NCBI GenBank assembly: GCA_963804955.1
Contig: CAWDSQ010000035.1
Span: 27,373-91,372 of the forward strand
Direction: 5' to 3'
DNA length: 64,000 nucleotides
From: an uncultured delta proteobacterium
GTDB lineage: Bacteria > Desulfobacterota > WTBG01 > CAIYCZ01 > CAIRTM01
Shown: positions 55,705-64,000 of the stretch, piece after piece
Layout: every line of letters begins with the position of its first letter
Numbering within the stretch: the stretch's first letter is position 1
Position numbers and translations under genes: made by a program
The notes under the pieces: generated by a model
The model's database searches: none
What the model was told of the DNA's origin: nothing
Seen by the model: the letters and a program-made list of their open reading frames with translations, nothing else

Positions 55705-57065
55705 GTGCCTGTGACAAAACTATTACTGGTCTCTGCCAATCAGTATACCGACCCCTCACCGGTTTACCCGCTGGGTATTTCGTATCTTGAGACCTATCTG
55801 AGAGAAAAAATGCCCGCGCTCGACATTCAGGTGTTTGATTTTGTGGTAAACAGCCCTGCTGATTATGCAGACTATCTGCAGACATACACCCCTGACTATG
55901 TCGGCATTTCGCTGCGCAATATTGATGATGTGAATATGTACCGGCAGGAAAGCTTCTTCAAACACTACAGCGACATTATCGACACCACGCGGCAGTGCAG
56001 CCGGAGCACGATCATTATCGGCGGGCCCGGCTATTCCATCTATCCCCGCCTGCTTTTTGAATATCTGAAGCCCGACTTTGCCATCTATGGTGAAGGTGAA
56101 GAAAGTTTTTATGAACTTGTGAAGGCGCTGGAGAGCAAGACCGACTATGCTGCAATTGAAGGGCTGGTCTATGCGGATAACGGTGCGACCCGGGTGAACG
56201 CAAAAAAGCGCTATTGCCCTGATCCGAAAGTATGCTTTAACACAGGGCTTCTTGACTTCTACTGGAAGCAGGGCGGCATGCTCAATATCCAGACCAAACG
56301 CGGCTGCCCGTATCAGTGCATCTATTGCACCTATCCTTTAATTGAAGGAAGCACGGTGCGTACGCTCGACGCCGGCACGGTTGCCGACACGCTGGCGGAC
56401 CTTTATTTTAAAAAAAAGATCGACTATGTTTTTTTTACCGATTCGGTCTTCAATATCAATAATGCCTATAACCTCGAGCTGGCCGAGCGCATGATCAGCA
56501 AAAAGATGGACCTCAAATGGGGCGGCTACTTTAATTTTGCAAACCTCGATGAAAAATTATTGCGGGTATTGCAAGCAGGCGGGTCTTGCCCATATTGAGT
56601 TCGGCACAGACTCGCTGTCTGATACCGACGCTCAAGAATTACGGTAAGCCTTTCACGGTGGCTGATATTCTTGAAGCTTCCAAGATATGCAGCCGGCTGA
56701 AAATCGACTGCGCCCATTTTCTTATACTGGGCGGCTACGGAGAAACTGAAGATACCCTGAACGAAACCTTTGAAAACTCAAAAAAAATAGAGCGGACAGT
56801 GTTCTTCCCTTTTGTCGGCATGCGCATCTATCCCGGCACAAAGCTTCATGCCCTGGCCCTTCAGGAGAACAAAATCAGCAAAGACGATAGTCTGCTGCAC
56901 CCCGCATACTACGTCTCGGACAAAGTGGATCTTTCCCTCTTGAAAGAAAAGGCAAAAAAAACAGGCAGGCCGTGGATATTCCCGGATGAAGACATGACAG
57001 GCGTGATGCAGCGGCTGCGATCACGAGGCAAAAAGGGCCCGCTCTGGGAGTATTTGCTGCGCTAG
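55705..57065 (+). CDS. B12-binding radical SAM protein, lipid-biosynthesis type (frameshift ~56578)
   Basis: PVYPLGISY, GISLRNIDD, QTKRGCPYQCIYC, FTDSVFN, GMRIYPGT. Confidence 0.9.
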
Positions 57066-57088
57066 AGCCTCTTGCGGCGAACTTTATA

Positions 57089-57117
57089 TTGACACCCAAC
57101 AGCCCGGGTCCTATATT
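57089..57117 (+). promoter_or_regulatory. Internal sigma70-type promoter
   Basis: TTGACA-17 bp-TATATT. Confidence 0.6.
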
Positions 57118-57156
57118 CGCCTCATCCCAAAGCGAGATCCTATCCGTCGAGATCCA

Positions 57157-57848
57157 ATGACGAACATCAAGGGTTCCAGAGACAAACCATACGATTTCAG
57201 GTCGCGCCTATGCCGAAGCCTATGACCGGATGCAGGCAGATCTCCGGGAGAAGGGATGGCTTGAGACCGGGGATCTTCTGCTCAATGGCAGTGTGACTGG
57301 CTGTGCGCTGGAGGTCGGATCGGGGCCCGGTTATCTCGGGCTTGACGTGGCTGCTGCAAACGAAGGATACCCGCCTCGTCGGTCTTGACATAAGCCCGGA
57401 CATGGTCGCGATAGCCAGGAATCACACGCGGGAGTTGGGACTTGTCGACCGCGCCGAACACCTCCTTGGCTCCGCTGATGCCATACCCTTTGAAGACAAT
57501 GCCTTCGACGCGGTCTTTACCAGCCGTTCGCTGCATGAGTGGCTCAATCCCTGCACGATTTTTACCGAGCTTTGGAGGGTTCTGAAACCCGGCGGAAGAT
57601 TATACGTGTCCGATCTGCGCAGGGATCTGTCACGCTCGGCCTGCAACTTTCTCGAGCAAAGGGTGAATTCCGAAGTGATCAGGGAAACTCTCCGCGCCTC
57701 AATCGGCGCTGCCTATACCATGACAGATGTACTGGCTTTACTCACTCATGGCAGAACTCGCCGGATGCGAGGTTGTCGAGACACCGTTCGGTTTGCGAGT
57801 GACGGGAATAAAGCCGGTTTGATCCGCGCTTCTGGAGAATGGCCATGA
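57157..57848 (+). CDS. Class I SAM-dependent methyltransferase (frameshifted)
   Basis: LEVGSGPGYLG (shifted frame), GLDISPDM, PFEDNAFD, SLHEW, RVLKPGG. Confidence 0.85.
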
Positions 57849-59038
57849 AATTGAGCGTTGCTGCGAACTGGGATATCGAACTTCTTGACGGACTCGCGCA
57901 CATCCCCGAGGTGACTTCGGTCTATGCAAAGCTGCCCTATGACCTCGTGGGTGGCGGCAGGGCCGGCTCCGTGCTGCCTTCAGTTGACCTTGCTGCAGCC
58001 GCCGCTTATATCCGGGAAGCCCACAAGCGTGGCTTGTCGTTCAGCTATCTGCTCAATGCACCGTGTCTGGGAAATCTTGAGCAGACACAGGAGGGCAAAG
58101 AGCGCCTGCTCGCATTTGTCGGACAATTGGTTGAGCTTGGGGTTGACAATGTGTCGATCTCGAACTTGGCGCTTGTGTCGCTGGTTCGGCGCAACTACCC
58201 GGACTTGAGCATCCGCGGAAGCGTGCTCAGCTGGCCCACCAATCTGCCCAGGCTGAAGTATCAGGAATCTCTTGGCGTTGATCCGCTGCTTCTGCCATAC
58301 AGTGAGTTTAACCGCGACTTCCAGGCTCTTGAGCTCATCAGCTCAAACCTTTCGTGCGGTATTGTGCTCTTTGCCAACATAGCCTGCATCTATCATTGCC
58401 ATTATCTGGCAGAGCACGCATGCAGCGTGGGGCACGCCTCCCAGGAGAATCAGGATGGCAAAAAAACGCACTCCATGCTTGATTCGTACCTGTGGCAGTG
58501 TACCCGGCGCCGATTAGTGCAGCCGGAGCTCTTCCTTTCGAGCCGGTGGATTCGTCCGGAGGATTTACATGGCTACGAGTCCCTGGGTATTGAGGAGTTT
58601 AAGATCATTGATCGATCGCGCTCAACGGCATGGCTTTTGCGTGCCACACAGGCATATGCTTCCCGGCGTTATGACGGAAACCTTCTTGATATTCTCTCCA
58701 TCGAGATGCTGGGAGATCCGAACGGATTTCACCCAAGTATCGAGGAGCAGAGCCGCAAAAGCCTGTTACAGCTCGACAGGGAAGAGCGGCGCCTGCAACT
58801 TCGAATGTTCAGGTTGCGGCAGCGCCTGCTGGCTCTCAACGTCACCATCGACAACGGGCTGCTTTCGGATTTTTTGGAGGGTTTCGGAAAAATACGGTGC
58901 GAGGAGACCTTCTGCGATGACTGCCGCTACTGCCATCGCTAGGCCGAGCGCGCTGTGCGCTTCGATCGCGACGAAGCAGCGCGCCTCGTGGCGGAAATCG
59001 ACGAGCTGGTTGATGATTTCATGACAGCAAAGGGGTAA
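57845..59038 (+). CDS. U32 family Fe-S protein (in-frame TAG at 58940)
   Basis: YLLNAPCLGN, NIACIYHC, WIRPEDL, FKIIDR, C-terminal C..CDDCRYC; frame stays open after TAG to TAA at 59038. Confidence 0.8.
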
Positions 59039-59132
59039 CCCCCGGCTCTCCTTTTGTAGCTCTTCTAATTTTTTTAGTTCATGTTCATAACGCACCGTCT
59101 GCCGCAGCCTCATGAAGGAAGACGCTGCCGTG

Positions 59133-59161
59133 TTGACAGTGGGGGGCTTTTTGTCTATAGT
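59133..59161 (+). promoter_or_regulatory. Sigma70-type promoter for the ACP/KS operon
   Basis: TTGACA-17 bp-TATAGT. Confidence 0.6.
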
Positions 59162-59198
59162 GTTAGACAATCGGAAAAATACATGCAGGGCGCTCTAA

Positions 59199-59347
59199 CA
59201 GGGGTGAAAAACGCTCATCTGCGGCGTTGCGCTCATCACGCTTCACTGCGGCGTACAGCCAAGTACGCCTCATTTCGCGTGATTTCACGCGCCTTGCATC
59301 TGAGCATTTTTGAACACCCTGCGAAAACATACTTTTTCAAGAGCCTG
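59199..59347. mobile_element. MITE-like palindromic element
   Basis: Terminal arms CAGGGGTGAAAAA / TTTTTGAACACCCTG, central GGCGTAC..GTACGCC, no coding capacity. Confidence 0.65.
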
Positions 59348-59356
59348 TAAAGCATT

Positions 59357-59749
59357 ATGAAGAAGCTGGTTCGAAACGGCCTGGAAAAGCTTGCGCGCAA
59401 GCCGTATATCCAGCGCATTCTGCAGGAGGAGCTTGACCTGAGCTGCCTGAAGCGGCGGCCAACGGCCCGCGAGCAGTGCGGCATTGTCCTTGTGCTGTTC
59501 AGCTATGTTATCGGCTGGCCGGCGGTTGCTTTTTTCGGATTTCTCGCCCTGTATCTTAAGCAGCCCCTTATTCTTATCATCGGCGGGCCGCTTATTTACG
59601 GTTTTTCACATATCGTTTTTTTCGCGGGCATGTATATTGCCGGAAAGGATTACACCAAACTGTTTATAAAATGGTCCGTTAAAAAAATATGCGAAAAGAT
59701 TGCACCCGGCACTCCGGTGCTGCCGGCAGATGCTGCAAAAGCCGAGTGA
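59357..59749 (+). CDS. Hypothetical membrane protein
   Basis: Hydrophobic core SYVIGWPAV..GGPLIYGFSH. Confidence 0.7.
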   Translation: MKKLVRNGLEKLARKPYIQRILQEELDLSCLKRRPTAREQCGIVLVLFSYVIGWPAVAFFGFLALYLKQPLILIIGGPLIYGFSHIVFFAGMYIAGKDYTKLFIKWSVKKICEKIAPGTPVLPADAAKAE

Positions 59750-59769
59750 TGCATACAGGGAAGACGCAC

Positions 59770-60037
59770 ATGGAAGAACTTATACAGGAACTCAAAGTCA
59801 AAATTGTCGATACGCTCAATCTCATCAGCATCACCCCGGACAGCATCGATGCAGACGCCCAGCTTGTGGGCGGTGAGCTGGGCCTTGACTCCATCGATGT
59901 GCTTGAGCTGGTGATGATGGTTGAAAAGGATTATGGCCTTCGGATCGACAACAAGGAGCTCGGCATCAGGGTCTTTGCCTCCCTCAAGGCCCTGGCGGAC
60001 TATATCCACCAGAACCGGCCGGAGACGCAGCCCTTGA
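59770..60037 (+). CDS. Acyl carrier protein
   Basis: LGLDSIDVLEL phosphopantetheine motif; 3' end inferred from a probable TGA/TTG overlap. Confidence 0.9.
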
Positions 60038-62196
60038 GCAGCATGCGGGTATTTGTCACCTCCCTCGGCATCATAAGCCCTCTCGGCAGAAACGCCACAG
60101 AAACACTGGCAGCTCTTACATACATCGACATGCGGACTCGCGCCGCTTTCGCTTTTCCCCTCCTCCGTTGATCCTCCCCTGCCGGCAGGGGAAATCAAAT
60201 GCCTTCTGCCCGATGATGTGCCCCGCACGCACGGCCTTGCTCTCATTGCAGCCCGTGAGGCTATGGCTGGTGTCGCCGGCCCCCCCGATGCCATCGTTGT
60301 GGGTGTTACAACGGGCGGCATGCCTGCAAGCGAGCCCTTTTTAAAAAGCGGCGCTGCCGACCCAGGCATGTATCGCCTGCATGGGGCTGGAACTGTTGCC
60401 CAGTATGTGGCTGAAGCGCTCGGCTGCCAGGGCCCGGTGCTGACCGTGTCAACGGCCTGCTCTTCAAGCATGGCGGCTTTGAAATTAGCCGTTGAGCTTC
60501 TGCGAAGCGGCAGGGCGCGGCGCGTGCTTGCCGGAGGCGCTGACGGCCTGTGCCGTTTGACCTATTACGGTTTTCATTCCCTGCAGCTTGTCGATCCGGC
60601 AGGCGCCCGGCCTTTTGATAAAGACCGGCGGGGCATGAGTCTCGGTGAAGGAGCTGCCATGCTTTTATTAGAGGCTGCCGCAGAGCCGCCGGCAGGGGCG
60701 ATGGCTGAGGTTCTTGGCGTTGGCCTGAGCTGCGATGCCTATCACCCCGCAGCTCCTCACCCTGATGGTGACGGGCGCTCTCCGCGCCATGCAGCAGGCC
60801 CTTTCTGCGGCAGGACTGCAAGCCTCTGAAATAGAGTATATTAATCTGCACGGCACCGGAACCCCTGACAATGATCTGGCAGAGGCGCGGGCAGTGCAAG
60901 CCCTCTTCGGCCAGTCGCCCCTTCCGCCGGTTTCATCTCTTAAGGGCGCCATCGGGCATACCCTGGGCGCAGCCGGTGCGGTCAATGCGGCAGTGTCTGT
61001 GCTGTGTATCAGCCACGGCATCATACCGGCCAATACCGGTTGCCGCGAACCTGATCCGGCTTTACTTCTAAGGCCTGTTGCTGCGCCGCTGCGCAGGCCC
61101 GTTGCAGCGGTGCTTTCCAATGCTTTCGGCTTTGGCGGCAATAATGCATCAATCGTTCTCGGGAACCCAGCCGCAGCGAGAGTACCCGTGCACAACAGAA
61201 GCGGGAGCAGTGTTTTTGCCGTGCTTGGCAGCGCCTGCCTCACCGGCGGGGGCAATCGTATGCAGACCATGAAGCGCCTTGCCTCAGGAGAAACTATCTG
61301 CGGCATGGCGCCGGCGCAGGCCATTATGCAGGGGCTTCAAGAGAGCGCCGTGCGGCGGCTCAAGCGTCTGCCGCGCATGGCCCTGTCGCTTGCCGCAGCT
61401 GCCTGCGAAGGCCGGGATGGGCCGGCCGCAATATGTTTCGGCACCGGCTGGGGCGGGCTGTCTGAAACGCATGATTTTCTCGAGAGGCTCTTTTCAACGC
61501 AAGAGCGCTTTACCAGCCCCACCGATTTTATCGGCTCCGTGCACAATGCCCCGGCAGGCCAGGCTGCCATGCAGCTGCAGGCACAGGGTGCAAACCTGAC
61601 GCTCACGGATGGTGATTATTCTTTTGAGCAGGCCCTTTTCAGCGCGGGGCTGATTGCCCATGAGGCAGACGGGCCCCTGCTGGTGATGGGCGCTGATGAA
61701 TACCATGAAAAGTTAACCCCGTCTTTTTGACCCCTCGGCAGCCTGCGGTGTAGACGGCGGCGGCGCGCTGCTGCTTCGCCCCGGGGCCGCCGCGGCAGAG
61801 GCACTGAGCATCACCCCTGTTTTTCTTTCAAATGCACTCCAGCCTGAAGATGCCCTGCACCGGCTTATCCATGAGTTGGGAGGGCCTGTGGCTGTGGAAA
61901 AAAAGTTCGGCGCCATCTTTGCAGGCATTCCGGCAGCCCGGCCTGATATGGCCCGGAAGCAGCTCAGGCAGTTTCTGGAGATGACAGGCTGCACCTGTCC
62001 GGTCATAGATTACAGAAAAATAACCGGCGAGTTCGCCTCGGCTGCAGCTGTGGCAGCAGTCATAGCCCTGGAGTGTGTCAGGGCAGGAGCAGTGCCCGCA
62101 GCCGTGCATCCGGCCGGCCCGTGCCTTCTGCACAACAAAGCCGTACTGCTGCTGGGGTTGGGCCGGTGCATAACTGCTGTGGAGATACGGGGTTGA
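60034..62196 (+). CDS. Ketosynthase fused to a chain-length-factor-like domain (frameshifted)
   Basis: STACSSS, HGTGT, KGAIGHTLGAAG, SNAFGFGGNN, then an in-frame second domain with FIGSVHNA. Confidence 0.85.
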
Positions 62197-63017
62197 ATAC
62201 ACAGAATGCCGTGCCAGCCCGGCTTCTGCCGGTCGTGAAAGTAGCCCTCCTGTGTGCCTTCGCATCACTGGTTCTGGCAATGGTCAATGAGCGGCTTTGT
62301 GTGCTGCCGCTTGCGGTATTTGTCAGTTCATGCCTCGTAGCTCCGTTTTTGCCGCGGTACGGATTTTTTCTGCCGGTCCTCAGCCGGGGATGCACGGGTA
62401 AAAACATGGTTGCCCTGACATTTGACGACGGCCCTGATCCTGCAACAACCCCCCGGCTTCTGGAACTGCTTGAGAAATACAGGGCGAAAGCAGCCTTTTT
62501 TGTCATTGGAGAAAAGGCGCAGCGCCATCCGGAGCTTATGCGGGATATTATCGCCTGCGGCCATGCTGTGGGCAATCATTCCTACAGCCATGATGTGCTG
62601 CTCATGCTGCGGTCCCGCCGGACACTGGCGTCGGAAATCCGCACGGCCCAGCAGGCCATGAGCGCCTTTGACATACGACCGCTTGTTTTCAGGCCGCCCG
62701 CAGGAATCACCAATCCGAAACTGGGAAGCGTTTTAAGACAACAGGGCCTGCAGTGTCTCACCTTCAGCTGCCGAGGCTTTGACGCCGGCAATCGGCGCAT
62801 CAAGGGGCTGGCTGACAGGTTACTGCGAAAAGTCCGGCCTGATGACATTATTCTGCTGCATGATTGCATGCCCCGAGGGCCTGCTACGGTGGACCTGTGG
62901 CTTGACGAGGTTGAAGCTCTCCTTGCGGGGCTTGCGGAAAAAAGTCTCGCTCCGGTGCCGCTTGATCGTCTGATCGCCAGCCCCGTCTGCAGCAGTCTGG
63001 CTGAAAAAGTTTTGTAA
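62193..63017 (+). CDS. Membrane-anchored polysaccharide deacetylase (CE4)
   Basis: LTFDDGP, GNHSYSH, FRPPAG, IILLHD; hydrophobic N-terminus; start approximate. Confidence 0.9.
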   Translation: MNTQNAVPARLLPVVKVALLCAFASLVLAMVNERLCVLPLAVFVSSCLVAPFLPRYGFFLPVLSRGCTGKNMVALTFDDGPDPATTPRLLELLEKYRAKAAFFVIGEKAQRHPELMRDIIACGHAVGNHSYSHDVLLMLRSRRTLASEIRTAQQAMSAFDIRPLVFRPPAGITNPKLGSVLRQQGLQCLTFSCRGFDAGNRRIKGLADRLLRKVRPDDIILLHDCMPRGPATVDLWLDEVEALLAGLAEKSLAPVPLDRLIASPVCSSLAEKVL

Positions 63018-63114
63018 ATCTTGCTCTGCAGCAATTCAATTGACTCTGCGCATGGTTTTTCATATACTTGCGTACACTTGTCAGAACGATTAAATACCGT
63101 GATAGGGGGATCTC

Positions 63115-63987
63115 TTGAAAGCATATTCCGTGAGCTGGGGTGTTGCAGCGCTGTTTACTCTGGCATGCATGGCGACGGGCTGCGGGCACTTCAACAAAGC
63201 AGTGTATGAAAACTCATTTACCACCCTTCAGGAAAGCGCGGTCAAATACAGCGATCAGGGCAGATATGAAGAAGTGGTCTATATTACCCGGGCGCTGCTT
63301 GATGCCGAGCCTGACAATTATGAAGTCAGAAGAGTGCAGGACACCGCTGTGGCAGCCCAGCCTGGCACTGCGGCCATGATCCACAAGTCGCTGCTGGGTG
63401 CAAATCTAAGCGACCGCGTCACCGACGAGAACTTTCCGATACTGGGCAGCATATTGCTTTATGTTCCCAACCGGCTTTTTGATTTGATAGATCTCATTAC
63501 AGTTGAGGCAGGCGTCTGCTTTGGTCTTGGCGTAAAAGCACAGGCGACGGACATGTTGAGTCTGGGGTTTCAGGGAGCCGCTGGAGAAGCCATGTTTGGC
63601 CTTTCCCGCCGCAATTTATCCGTGCGCGGGACACAGGAGGAGTTTGCTCACCTTCTGCCGGTCGGCAGCGCCTATATTGCCGAGGCGCGCGCCTGTACTT
63701 CAGGGTCATACGGAGTGGCATCAAGCCAGGCTGGCCTGAAATTACCAACGGACCATATTTATCAGCGCGCGCGTGATTACTGGGCCATCGGCGCACAGGC
63801 TGAGGCAGTATTTTATTCTGCCAATGTGAAGCTGCATCCAGTTGAAGCTTTTGACTTATTAGCGGGTTTTTTCTTTTTTGATCCGCTCAAGGATGACATC
63901 GGCTCGACGCGGCCGATCCATGTCGACCTTACGGACAATGAAACTTTGGCTTTGGATAATCTGGCGTATCAAACACGATATCGGTAA
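63115..63987 (+). CDS. Hypothetical lipoprotein
   Basis: Lipobox MATGC; 290-aa open frame. Confidence 0.65.
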   Translation: MKAYSVSWGVAALFTLACMATGCGHFNKAVYENSFTTLQESAVKYSDQGRYEEVVYITRALLDAEPDNYEVRRVQDTAVAAQPGTAAMIHKSLLGANLSDRVTDENFPILGSILLYVPNRLFDLIDLITVEAGVCFGLGVKAQATDMLSLGFQGAAGEAMFGLSRRNLSVRGTQEEFAHLLPVGSAYIAEARACTSGSYGVASSQAGLKLPTDHIYQRARDYWAIGAQAEAVFYSANVKLHPVEAFDLLAGFFFFDPLKDDIGSTRPIHVDLTDNETLALDNLAYQTRYR

Positions 63988-64000
63988 AAGCCATGCCGCG

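Noticed and set aside
59689..60171. Apparent ACP-KS in-frame fusion
   Set aside because: Removing one C from CCC at 60031 gives a TGA stop overlapping a TTG start (typical 4-bp overlap); given the indel rate, an artefact is more likely.

Overview
GC-rich bacterial chromosome segment. Gene content and order (xerC-hslVU-argBD, two AORs, porCDAB, hflKC, short thyA) point to an anaerobe, most likely Desulfobacterota/Deltaproteobacteria (inference). About half the genes, including housekeeping ones, carry 1-3 single-base frameshifts, which looks like long-read consensus error rather than mass pseudogenisation, so split ORFs are merged here. Most interesting elements: (1) a DUF2294/MpsC-family gene followed by a structured 180-nt leader with an intrinsic terminator directly before the RBS of an atypical PEPCK-like gene, then porCDAB, a candidate undescribed attenuation system possibly responding to CO2/bicarbonate; (2) an integrase-less integron remnant (attI-like site, one intact cassette, a 60-bp attC, a degraded second cassette); (3) a type II FAS/PKS-like lipid cluster (B12 radical SAM, ACP, KS-CLF fusion, polysaccharide deacetylase) containing a methyltransferase + U32 module with its own promoter; (4) two secreted proteins sharing an equal-length 171-aa C-terminal tail and 3' flank; (5) a CFI-box-CTERM-like secreted protein with an orphan copy of its 3' end nearby. 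No rRNA, tRNA or CRISPR array was seen.
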